Below, piece by piece: positions 48,647-57,312 of a DNA stretch of 64,000 nucleotides. The stretch lies in NCBI GenBank assembly GCA_019748135.1, contig JAIEPZ010000045.1, positions 19,085 to 83,084 on the forward strand. Direction: 5' to 3'. The notes under the pieces are model-generated. The model saw only the letters and a program-made list of their open reading frames with translations, was not told the origin of the DNA and did not search any database. Both the position numbers and the translations under genes were made by a program. This DNA comes from Hyphomicrobiales bacterium. GTDB lineage: Bacteria; Pseudomonadota; Alphaproteobacteria; Rhizobiales; UBA4765. Each line of letters begins with the position of its first letter. The first letter of the stretch is position 1.

Positions 48647-49134
48647 TCGCCGTCGTTTTCACCGGCCTGCTATGGGCGCTCGCCTTGTGGCTTGTGATCA
48701 TCGCACTCAGGCGCGGCGATGGCACGGCAAAGGAAGCCTTGCAGCGGGCGCTGCGCGAATTCCTGTGGCTGCTGCCAAGGCTTGCCATCGGCGTCATCGG
48801 CGCCGGATTTCTCGCCCGATTGCTGCCGGCTGAATCAATCGCCGCCTATCTTGGCCGTGACGCCGGTTTCGTCAGCCTGCTCATCGCCAGTGCTGCCGGC
48901 ATGCTGACACCAGGCGGACCCGTCGTTGGCTTTTCGCTCGGCACAGCCGCGCTCAAGGCCGGTGCCGGTATGCCACAAGTGATCACTTACGTGACCGCAT
49001 GGAGCCTGATGTCGTTTAATCGCGTCATCGTCTGGGAACTGCCGATCATGCCACGCCATTTCGTCTATCTGCGTCTCGCCGTCTCATGGCCACTGCCGCT
49101 GCTTGCAGGCGGGGTGATGCTGCTCGTTCAGTGA
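48643..49134 (+). CDS. half-size permease subunit (second of a paralogous pair)
   Basis: Colinear with the preceding gene (LTPGGPVVGF, VTAW, NRVIVWELP). The GTG start overlaps the upstream TGA as GTGA. Confidence 0.7.
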   Translation: MIAVVFTGLLWALALWLVIIALRRGDGTAKEALQRALREFLWLLPRLAIGVIGAGFLARLLPAESIAAYLGRDAGFVSLLIASAAGMLTPGGPVVGFSLGTAALKAGAGMPQVITYVTAWSLMSFNRVIVWELPIMPRHFVYLRLAVSWPLPLLAGGVMLLVQ

Positions 49135-49148
49135 CGGCGTTTGCCAGC

Positions 49149-50087
49149 TCAGTGGAGGATTTTGGGTGGCGACAGGGCGGCAATCGTCGTTTCTCTGGGA
49201 ATGATGGCGCCGCGATGCTGGATGACGGCGCCCGCCAGACGATGGCCGGCATCGGCGGCAAGCCGTGGCGGCGCCCCGGCGAGCCTTGCGGCGAGATAGG
49301 CAGCGCTGAAACTGTCGCCGGCAGCGGTTGTATCAACCGGCGTCACAACCTGCGGGCACGGCACCTGCTCGATGCCGGCCTTGCTCGCGACCCAGGCTGA
49401 ATCAGCCCCTGATTTCACCACCACCTCGCTGATGCCAAGCCCGACCAGCCGCTCGATGGTCGCCAGCGGATCGCGGTCGCTCCACAGGATCTGCTCGTCA
49501 TCGAAGGTCGGCAGGGCGATATCGCAGCGTTTCAACGCTTCGCCAATCACCAGCCGGGCGCGATCAAAATCGCCCTGCCATCCGCGCGGACGGAAATTGG
49601 AATCAAACGCCACCAGACACCCCTGCTTGCGCGCTTCTTCCAGCATCGCCAGCAGCCGCCCGAGCCCCGTCGGGCGATAAAGCGACAGGGTGATCGCCGA
49701 CAGATAGATGAGTTTGGCCGCCAGCACGCGCTCCGCCACCTCCTGCCATCCGGTCAATTCGAAGAGATCACGGGCGGGCGAGGTGTCGCGCCAATAGCTG
49801 AAAGAACGCTCGCCACGGTCATTGGTGTCGATGACGTAAAGGCCCGGCATGCGTCCCGGCACCCGCAGAACGGCGTCCGTCTTGACCCCCTCTGACGCAG
49901 CCAGCGCCAGAACATGATCCGAAAAGCGATCATCACCCAGCGCTGTCGCGTAGCCGACATCAACGCCCAGTCGGGCAAGATAAACGGCGGTGTTGAAGGT
50001 GTCCCCGCCAAAGGCCTGATGATAACGTCCCTCGCCCTCATGGTTGAGTTCGATCATGACCTCGCCAACCGCGATGACAGTGCTCAT
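49149..50087 (-). CDS. kdgK: 2-dehydro-3-deoxygluconokinase (PfkB family)
   Basis: [15 protein letters not shown]...GGDTFNTAVYLARLG with C-terminal DTTAAGDSF. Trimmed from the track ORF (to 50513). Its ATG overlaps the upstream stop as ATGA. Confidence 0.85.
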   Translation of the reverse strand: MSTVIAVGEVMIELNHEGEGRYHQAFGGDTFNTAVYLARLGVDVGYATALGDDRFSDHVLALAASEGVKTDAVLRVPGRMPGLYVIDTNDRGERSFSYWRDTSPARDLFELTGWQEVAERVLAAKLIYLSAITLSLYRPTGLGRLLAMLEEARKQGCLVAFDSNFRPRGWQGDFDRARLVIGEALKRCDIALPTFDDEQILWSDRDPLATIERLVGLGISEVVVKSGADSAWVASKAGIEQVPCPQVVTPVDTTAAGDSFSAAYLAARLAGAPPRLAADAGHRLAGAVIQHRGAIIPRETTIAALSPPKILH

Positions 50088-51268
50088 GCCGCCTTCCGGG
50101 CGCTTAAGAATTCGCCCATGCGGGTGAGAGCCTTCGTGATGTTGTCTTGCGAATTGGCGTAGGAGAGGCGCAGATAACCCTCGCCGTGGATACCGAAATC
50201 CGGCCCGCCAATGGTGGCGATGCCTGCCTCTTCGAGGAGCGCGCGGGCGAGCGGTTTGGCCTGCCAGCCGGTCGCCTTGATGTTGGGGAAGGCGTAGAAC
50301 GCACCATAAGGCTCGATGGCGCTGACGCCGGGCAATCGGTTGAGGCCGTCGATGACAAGGCGCCGGCGCTTGCCAAATTCCGCCACCATCTCGCTCACGC
50401 AAGCTTGAGGTCCGGTAAGGGCTGCAAGCCCTGCCCATTGGGTGGGCGCGTTGACGCAGGAATAGGAATTGACCGCAAGCTTGCGGGCAGCCTCCAGCAG
50501 CGGCTGTGGCCATAGCGAGAATCCGAGCCGCCAGCCGGTCATGGCGTAGGTTTTCGACCAGCCATCGAGCAAGATGAGGCGCTCGCGCAGCGCCGGATAG
50601 CTGAGGAGCGAGACATGCTCGCGCCCGTCATAGGTCATCTGCCCGTAGATTTCATCCGACAGGATGGCGACATCGGGGTGGCGTTCAAGCCCCGCGGCAA
50701 GCTTGTCGATCTCAGCCTTGGGGCTGACGCCACCGGTCGGATTGGCAGGCGAATTGATGATGATGAGCCTGGTGCGCGGCGTGATCAGTGACAGGGTTTC
50801 ATCAGCCGAGAACGCAAAACCGTTTTCCTCGCGGATGGGGATCGGCACCGGGTTGGCGCCGGTGAACTCGATCATCGAGCGATAGATGGGAAAGCCAGGG
50901 TCGGGATAGAGAATATCAACGCCCGGTTCGCCGAACATGAGGATCGCCATATACATCGTTACCTTGCCGCCGGGCACGATCAGCACCTGATCAGGGCTGA
51001 TGCTGGCGCCGGTGCGGCGATGGACGTCGGCTGCCACGCCTTCGCGCAGCGGAGCGATGCCGGGGGCTGGCGTATAGCCATGATGGCCGTCGCGCAGCGC
51101 CTTGATGGCGGCCTCCACCACATGGTCGGGGGTGCGGAAATCGGGTTGGCCGATGCCAAGATTGATGATGTCGCGGCCCTGCGCTGCAAGCTCGGTGGCG
51201 CGCGCCAGCACAGCGAAGGCGTTTTCCTCGCCGATGCGGTCAAAGGCCGCGATGGGGTGAAGGGACAT
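50084..51268 (-). CDS. pyridoxal phosphate-dependent aminotransferase (class I, aspartate aminotransferase-like)
   Basis: 394 aa with the [10 protein letters not shown] motif and a class-I fold pattern (the [10 protein letters not shown] lysine region). Confidence 0.88.
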   Translation of the reverse strand: MSLHPIAAFDRIGEENAFAVLARATELAAQGRDIINLGIGQPDFRTPDHVVEAAIKALRDGHHGYTPAPGIAPLREGVAADVHRRTGASISPDQVLIVPGGKVTMYMAILMFGEPGVDILYPDPGFPIYRSMIEFTGANPVPIPIREENGFAFSADETLSLITPRTRLIIINSPANPTGGVSPKAEIDKLAAGLERHPDVAILSDEIYGQMTYDGREHVSLLSYPALRERLILLDGWSKTYAMTGWRLGFSLWPQPLLEAARKLAVNSYSCVNAPTQWAGLAALTGPQACVSEMVAEFGKRRRLVIDGLNRLPGVSAIEPYGAFYAFPNIKATGWQAKPLARALLEEAGIATIGGPDFGIHGEGYLRLSYANSQDNITKALTRMGEFLSARKAA

Positions 51269-51449
51269 GAACGAAGCCTCCCGGGGTGCCGGTTATGAAC
51301 GCGCCGACCATAATCGGGCACCGTCGTGGATAGCAAATGCGGCGCACAGCCTTGACAAAAAAATTGTGCGCAGAGGTGACGTGCCGATTGCCGCGTTGAT
51401 TTCAATGCCAATCCCGGCGCACACTGTGACAAACATAAGGGAGGCGTCG

Positions 51450-53237
51450 TTGGCAATACGCGGAAAAAAAACACGCAAGCTTCGGTCTAAATTGTGGTTC
51501 GACAATCCGGAAAATCCCGGCATGACGGCGCTCTATCTGGAGCGCTACCTGAATTACGGGCTGACGCGCGAGGAGCTGACATCGGGCAAGCCGATCATCG
51601 GCATCGCCCAGACGGGCTCCGATCTGTCGCCATGCAACCGTCATCACCTCGATCTGGCCAAGCGGGTGCGCGAGGGCATCACGGCGGCCGGCGGGCTGGC
51701 GCTTGAATTTCCAGTGCATCCCATCCAGGAGACAGGAAAGCGGCCAACCGCCTCGCTTGATCGCAATCTTGCCTATCTTGGCCTGGTTGAAATCCTCTAT
51801 GGCTATCCGCTCGACGGCGTGGTGCTGACGACGGGCTGCGACAAGACGACGCCTGCCTGCCTGATGGCGGCAGCGACCGTTGATCTGCCGGCCATCGTGC
51901 TCTCGGGCGGGCCGATGCTGAATGGCTGGTGGAAGGGTGAGCGCTCGGGCTCCGGCACGATCGTATGGCAGGCGCGCGAGGAACTGGCCGAAGGCAAGCT
52001 CGATTATTCGAGCTTCATTGACAAGGTCGCCTCCTCCGCCCCCTCGGTCGGCCATTGCAACACCATGGGCACCGCCTCGACCATGAATGCGCTGGCCGAG
52101 GCACTCGGCATGTCGTTGCCCGGCTGCGCCGCCATCCCGGCGCCTTACCGCGAGCGCGGGCAGATGGCCTATGACACCGGCAAGCGCATCGTCGACATGG
52201 TGTGGGAGGATTTGCGCCCGTCGAAAATCATGACACGCGAGGCATTCGAGAATGTCATCGTCGCCTGCTCGGCCATCGGTGGCTCGACCAATGCGCCGAT
52301 CCATATCAATGCGATTGCCCGCCATGTCGGCGTTGCTCTGGACAATGATGATTGGGAGAAGGTTGGGTACAATATTCCGCTTCTCGTCAACATGCAGCCT
52401 GCGGGCAAATATCTCGGCGAGGAATATCACCGCGCTGGCGGGCTTCCAGCCGTGTTGGCTGAACTCCACAAACACGGCAAACTGCGCGCCAACGCACTCA
52501 CCGTCAACGGCCAGACAATTGGTGAGAATATAGCCGGCAAAACATCGGAAGATCACGACGTCATCCGCTCGTTCGAAACGGCGATGGTGGCGCAGGCGGG
52601 TTTTCTCAATCTCAAGGGCAATCTCTTTGACAGCGCCATCATGAAAACCTCCGTCATCTCGGCCGATTTCCGCAAGCGCTACCTGTCGAACCCGAAAGAC
52701 CTCAATGCCTTCGAGGGGAAAGCCATCGTCTTTGAGGGCCCGGAAGATTACCACGCCCGCATCGAGGATCCGGCACTGGGTGTCGATGAGCATTCCATTC
52801 TCTTCGTGCGCGGCGTCGGGCCGATTGGCTATCCCGGCGCGGCGGAGGTGGTGAACATGCAGCCGCCGGCCGCCCTGCTGAAGCGCGGCATCAGGGCATT
52901 GCCCTGCATTGGCGACGGGCGGCAATCGGGAACGTCCGGTTCACCGTCGATCCTCAACGCGTCTCCGGAGGCGGCAGCCGGTGGAGGGTTGGCCATCCTC
53001 AAGACAGGAGACCCGGTACGCATCGATCTCAACAGGCGCACCGCCGATATGCTGGTGCCGGAGGCAGAACTTGCAATGCGCCGCGCGCAGGGCAGCTTCA
53101 AGATACGCCGCCATGAAACGCCATGGCAGGAAATCTACCGCAAGAACGTATCGCAGCTGGCCGACGGCATGGTCTTGAAGCCGGCGGTCAAATATCAGCG
53201 GGTTGCCCGCAAATCGACGCCACGCGACAATCATTGA
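51450..53237 (+). CDS. IlvD/Edd family sugar-acid dehydratase (arabinonate/xylonate dehydratase-like)
   Basis: [33 protein letters not shown]...[16 protein letters not shown] and CDKTTPA motifs. The start was proposed at TTG 51450, 5 nt after AAGGGAGG (alternatively ATG 51405). The upstream part of the track ORF was discarded. Confidence 0.85.
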   Translation: MAIRGKKTRKLRSKLWFDNPENPGMTALYLERYLNYGLTREELTSGKPIIGIAQTGSDLSPCNRHHLDLAKRVREGITAAGGLALEFPVHPIQETGKRPTASLDRNLAYLGLVEILYGYPLDGVVLTTGCDKTTPACLMAAATVDLPAIVLSGGPMLNGWWKGERSGSGTIVWQAREELAEGKLDYSSFIDKVASSAPSVGHCNTMGTASTMNALAEALGMSLPGCAAIPAPYRERGQMAYDTGKRIVDMVWEDLRPSKIMTREAFENVIVACSAIGGSTNAPIHINAIARHVGVALDNDDWEKVGYNIPLLVNMQPAGKYLGEEYHRAGGLPAVLAELHKHGKLRANALTVNGQTIGENIAGKTSEDHDVIRSFETAMVAQAGFLNLKGNLFDSAIMKTSVISADFRKRYLSNPKDLNAFEGKAIVFEGPEDYHARIEDPALGVDEHSILFVRGVGPIGYPGAAEVVNMQPPAALLKRGIRALPCIGDGRQSGTSGSPSILNASPEAAAGGGLAILKTGDPVRIDLNRRTADMLVPEAELAMRRAQGSFKIRRHETPWQEIYRKNVSQLADGMVLKPAVKYQRVARKSTPRDNH

Positions 53238-53242
53238 GGAAC

Positions 53243-54082
53243 ATGATGACAAATCCGGCGGACAAACGCGCTGCCTATCGCAAATTGCACGAAAGTGGTT
53301 GCTTCGTGCAGCCAAATCCTTGGGATGTCGGCAGCGCCCGCTATCTGCAATCGCTGGGTTTTCCGGCGCTGGCGACCACCAGCGCAGGATTTGCCTGGAC
53401 CAGGGGCAAGCCTGATACAGGGGTTGGTCTCGAGGATACTCTTAGCCATCTAACCGAACTGGCCGCTGCTTGCGATGTGCCGCTCAACGCTGATTTCGAG
53501 AACGCGTTCGCCCATGATGCCGATGGCGTGGCGCGCCATGTGACGCTGGCGATCGCCACCGGAATCGCCGGCCTGTCAGTGGAGGATTCAACTGGCGATG
53601 CGGCAAAGCCGCTCTATGACTTCGACCATGCGCTGGCCAGAGTGAAAGCGGCACGGGCAGCCGTTGATATGACGCAAAGCGGCGTCGTACTCACGGCGCG
53701 CGCCGAGTGTTTTCTCGTCGGCGTCAACGATTTGTCCGAGACGATTCGCCGCCTGACGGCCTATGCGCAGGCGGGCGCTGATTGCCTCTACGCACCCGGG
53801 CTGAGGTCGCGTGAGGACATCATGGCGGTCATCCAGGCGGTGGCGCCGAAACCGGTCAACATCCTCAACGCCGCGCCCGCCTTCAGCGTTGCCGATCTGG
53901 CGGCGATGGGAGCCCGGCGCATCAGCATCGGCGGGGCGCTGGCACGCACCGCCTGGGCAGCCGCAATGACGGCGGCAAAGGATCTTGCGACGCAAGGATC
54001 GTTTGGCGCTTTTGCTTCCGGCAGAGTCTACGGGGAAATTGACGGTTTCTTTCGCGCCGATGCAAAGACCCGGCAGCGATGA
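53243..54082 (+). CDS. isocitrate lyase / PEP mutase superfamily protein
   Basis: NPWDVGSARYLQSLGFPALATTSAGFAW...NADFENAF...GLSVED pattern of the PEP_mutase fold. ATG 53243 follows GAGGA, 5 nt after the dehydratase stop. Confidence 0.8.
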   Translation: MMTNPADKRAAYRKLHESGCFVQPNPWDVGSARYLQSLGFPALATTSAGFAWTRGKPDTGVGLEDTLSHLTELAAACDVPLNADFENAFAHDADGVARHVTLAIATGIAGLSVEDSTGDAAKPLYDFDHALARVKAARAAVDMTQSGVVLTARAECFLVGVNDLSETIRRLTAYAQAGADCLYAPGLRSREDIMAVIQAVAPKPVNILNAAPAFSVADLAAMGARRISIGGALARTAWAAAMTAAKDLATQGSFGAFASGRVYGEIDGFFRADAKTRQR

Positions 54083-55251
54083 CAGGCAAGCTCGCCACAT
54101 GGACGCCTCGTCCACGCCCTGATGGGCGCACGCTTGTCGGGCGCGCCGTGCGGCTTGAAAAACTCAGTGCGGCCCGCCATGGCAATGATCTGGCCCGGCT
54201 TCTGTGCGGGGATGGCGTGGCGGCCCTTTACGACTTTCTCGGTGACCCGCCGCCTCAGGCCCCGTCCGATGTCATCGCCTGGGCGCAGCGCGCCGAAGCT
54301 TCGCCTGATCCTTATTTTCTTGCCATCATCGATCAGGCAACGGGAAAGGCTGTCGGGCGGCTTGCCTTGATGCGTGTCGATACCGTCCATGGAGGCATCG
54401 AGGTCGGCCACGTGCTCTATGCGCCCGCCCTGCAGCGCTCGATTGCGGCGAGCGAAGCGCAGTTTCTGCTGATGTGCCATGTCTTCGATGATCTTGGCTA
54501 TCGCCGTTATGAATGGAAATGCAACGCGCTGAACCGCCCCTCGCGCAATGCCGCAAGGCGACTTGGCTTTCTCTATGAAGGCGAGTTTCGCCAGCACATG
54601 GTGGTCAAGGGACGGAACCGCGACACGGCGTGGTTTTCCATGCTTGACGGTGAATGGCCTCGCCGGCGCCTGGCTTTCGAGGCTTGGCTTGATCCAGCGA
54701 ACTTCGCGCCCGATGGCGGCCAGAAGGTGACGCTTGGCGTCCACATGGCGCTTGCCTCAGCGCCGCCCGAAGATGGCCCCTTGATGCGCCGTTTGCGCCG
54801 CGCCACTCCCGCAGACAGCGCCGCGCTTGCCGCCTTCCAGGAGGACGCCTATGCGCTCAACCGGACCATCACCGGGCGCACGCCGATCCCCTTGACCTGG
54901 GATTACGCGCGCGTTGTCGGTCACTGGGAGTGCTGGTTGGTGGACGAGGCCGGCTCCATCGATGCAGCACTTCTCGTCGAGCCGCGCAGCGATGACCTCT
55001 ATCTCCACAGCATCGCCGTCCATCCTCGTGCCCGTGATCACGGGCTTGGTAACACATTGCTGAGATTTGCCGAAAGGCGGGCAGCTGTTCATGCTGGCGG
55101 GACACTGCGCTTCATCACCAACCAATTGCTCACGCGCAACGTCGACTGGTATCTGGCGCGTGGCTTCGTGATCGAAAAATTCGAACGCGTGGATGAGCGC
55201 ACGATTGTCCATTTTTTCAAACGGATCAGGGGAAATGACCATGAACGCTAG
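54079..55251 (+). CDS. tandem GNAT-domain N-acetyltransferase
   Basis: A RimJ/RimL-like first half (EWKCNALNRPSRNAARRLGFLYEG) and a second GNAT half (HSIAVHPRARDHGLGNTLL). 4-nt overlap with the upstream gene. Confidence 0.75.
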   Translation: MTGKLATWTPRPRPDGRTLVGRAVRLEKLSAARHGNDLARLLCGDGVAALYDFLGDPPPQAPSDVIAWAQRAEASPDPYFLAIIDQATGKAVGRLALMRVDTVHGGIEVGHVLYAPALQRSIAASEAQFLLMCHVFDDLGYRRYEWKCNALNRPSRNAARRLGFLYEGEFRQHMVVKGRNRDTAWFSMLDGEWPRRRLAFEAWLDPANFAPDGGQKVTLGVHMALASAPPEDGPLMRRLRRATPADSAALAAFQEDAYALNRTITGRTPIPLTWDYARVVGHWECWLVDEAGSIDAALLVEPRSDDLYLHSIAVHPRARDHGLGNTLLRFAERRAAVHAGGTLRFITNQLLTRNVDWYLARGFVIEKFERVDERTIVHFFKRIRGNDHER

Positions 55252-55999
55252 ACTTGCCGGCAAGATTGCGGTGGTGACGGCAGCAGCTGCAGGGATCGGG
55301 CTTGCGACCGCCCGCGCGCTGGCGGCTGAAGGCGCGCGCGTGATTGCAACCGATATCAACCGCGAGGCGCTTGATGCGGCGCTGACGGGCGTGCGCGGGG
55401 TGAAAAGGCGGCGCCTTGATGTGCGCTCGACGCGGCAGGTGGCAGCGCTGGCCGAAAAGATCGGCCCGGTTGATATCCTGTTCAATGCGGCAGGCTTCGT
55501 GCACCATGGTACGGTGCTGACGACCGATCAGGCGTCCTGGGATTTTTCCTTCGATCTCAACGTCACCTCGATGCACCGCATGATCCAGGCCTTCCTGCCG
55601 GGCATGCTGGAGAAGGGAGGCGGTTCAATTGTCAACGTCGCGTCCGGCGCCTCAAGCGTGCGCGGCATTCCCAATCGCTATGTCTATGGCACGACCAAGG
55701 CAGCCGTCATCGGCCTGACCAAGGCCGTTGCCGCCGATTTCATTCGCCAAGGGATCAGATGCAACGCCATCTGCCCGGGGACGATCGAATCGCCCTCGCT
55801 CGATCAGCGCATCGCGACACTCGCCAAGGCTGAGGGCAAGGATGAAACAGTCGTGCGCAAGGCGTTCATTGATCGCCAGCCCATCGGGCGCCTTGGCACA
55901 GCCCATGAGGTGGCGATGCTGGCGGTCTATCTGGCATCCGATGAGGCAAGCTACACCACTGGCACAATTCACATCATCGATGGCGGATTTTCGCTATGA
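55241..55999 (+). CDS. SDR oxidoreductase of the DHRS6/BDH2, 2-keto-3-deoxy-sugar-acid 4-dehydrogenase type
   Basis: Long colinear stretches recalled from BDH2-like enzymes (VIATDIN, LFNAAGFVHHGTVL, WDFSFDLNV, YGTTKAAVIGLTKAVAADFIRQGIRCNAICPGT, YLASDEASYTTG, IIDGG.SL). Confidence 0.8.
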   Translation: MNARLAGKIAVVTAAAAGIGLATARALAAEGARVIATDINREALDAALTGVRGVKRRRLDVRSTRQVAALAEKIGPVDILFNAAGFVHHGTVLTTDQASWDFSFDLNVTSMHRMIQAFLPGMLEKGGGSIVNVASGASSVRGIPNRYVYGTTKAAVIGLTKAVAADFIRQGIRCNAICPGTIESPSLDQRIATLAKAEGKDETVVRKAFIDRQPIGRLGTAHEVAMLAVYLASDEASYTTGTIHIIDGGFSL

Positions 56000-56053
56000 A
56001 TGTGCTGGTCCACGATACGGACCACTCGACGGAGAGAAGAAGGAAACATCGAT

Positions 56054-57028
56054 ATGCGTATTCTGATGCTTGGCGGCGGCGGCATGGTGGGACAGAAGCT
56101 GGCGACCCGACTTGCCAAAGATGGCCAGGTGGGCGGCAAGAGCATTTCAGCCCTGCTGCTGCATGATGTCGTCGAGCCGGCAAAGCCGGAAGCGCCCTTT
56201 GCGCTCACCAGCAAGGTGAGCGATCTCTCAGCCCCCGGCGAAGCGGCAGCGCTTATTGCCTTCAAGCCCGATCTTGTCTTCCATCTGGCGGCGATCGTCT
56301 CGGGCGAGGCGGAAGCCGATTTCGACAAGGGGTATCGCATCAACCTCAACGGCACGTGGAATCTGTTCGAAGCGCTGCGCCACGCCCAGCTGTCACCGCG
56401 GGTGGTCTTTACCTCATCGATTGCTGTCTTCGGCGCCCCGTTTCCTGCGGCGATTGACGATGAATTCCTGACAGCCCCGCTCACCAGCTATGGCACGCAG
56501 AAGGCGATTGGTGAATTGCTGCTCGCCGATTATACGCGCAAGGGCCTCTTCGATGGCATCGGCATCCGCCTGCCGACGATCTGCGTGCGCCCGGGCAAGC
56601 CCAACAAGGCGGCATCAGGCTTCTTTTCCAACATCATCCGCGAGCCGCTCGCTGGCATGGAAGCGGTACTGCCGGTGTCGGAACAGGTCCGCCACACCCA
56701 TGCCTCGCCGCGTTCAGCCGTGAACTTTCTCATGCATGCCGCGACCATTGACGGCGCCCTGGTAGGCCCGCGCCGCAATCTGTCGATGCCGGGCGTTTCC
56801 TGCACGGTTGCCGACCAGATCGCCGCACTGCGTGAGATTGCCGGGGATAATACGGTGGCGCGCATCATCCGCGCACCCGACCCGACTATCGCGAAAATCG
56901 TCGAAGGCTGGCCGCGGAACTTCGCCGCCAAAAGAGCCCACGATCTCGGATTTACCGCCGAGACATCTTTTGATGAGATCATCCAAGTCCATATTGCCGA
57001 TGAGCTTGGTGGCAAGATCGCGGCATAG
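56054..57028 (+). CDS. denD: extended-SDR, D-erythronate dehydrogenase (DenD)-like
   Basis: MRILMLGGGGMVGQKL...FHLAAIVSGEAEADFDKGYRINLNGT...YGTQKA matches my memory of DenD-annotated proteins. ATG 56054 follows AGAAGGAAA. Confidence 0.6.
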   Translation: MRILMLGGGGMVGQKLATRLAKDGQVGGKSISALLLHDVVEPAKPEAPFALTSKVSDLSAPGEAAALIAFKPDLVFHLAAIVSGEAEADFDKGYRINLNGTWNLFEALRHAQLSPRVVFTSSIAVFGAPFPAAIDDEFLTAPLTSYGTQKAIGELLLADYTRKGLFDGIGIRLPTICVRPGKPNKAASGFFSNIIREPLAGMEAVLPVSEQVRHTHASPRSAVNFLMHAATIDGALVGPRRNLSMPGVSCTVADQIAALREIAGDNTVARIIRAPDPTIAKIVEGWPRNFAAKRAHDLGFTAETSFDEIIQVHIADELGGKIAA

Positions 57029-57312
57029 GGACGTCAACCGCAAGATTGACATCATCATGCGGTTTGGTGTGTGGTGCCGCTTCCACCTGACCTGGATCGT
57101 TCCGTCCAGGTGAATCGTCATATCAGGGTATCAACGATGAACGTTCGTGCGTTCCCATTCGACCTGCGCAGGCAGAGCATAAAGACGGCGAAAACGCCGG
57201 TCGTCGCGACCGCGTAGTTTCCGCTCGTCCCCGGTCCTCTCCCCGCGGGGTAGAGAGGCCTCCCTCCACCGCGAGGGCAGTTTCCGGGGAGAAGACAGCA
57301 AAGGATCATTCC

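Noticed and set aside
49149-50513. Long N-terminal extensions in several track ORFs (for example kdgK to 50513, 2-hydroxyacid dehydrogenase to 31552, permease from 33729, SDR to 40143, epimerase from 40035, ccr from 26934, dehydratase from 51267)
   Set aside because: The extensions are Arg/Pro/Gly-rich and overlap neighbouring genes or promoters. In each case an internal start with an SD gives the canonical family N-terminus, so the features were trimmed.
51402-52925. 507-aa minus-strand ORF inside the IlvD/Edd dehydratase gene
   Set aside because: It is antisense to a gene with strong family motifs and has no motifs of its own, so it is a shadow ORF.
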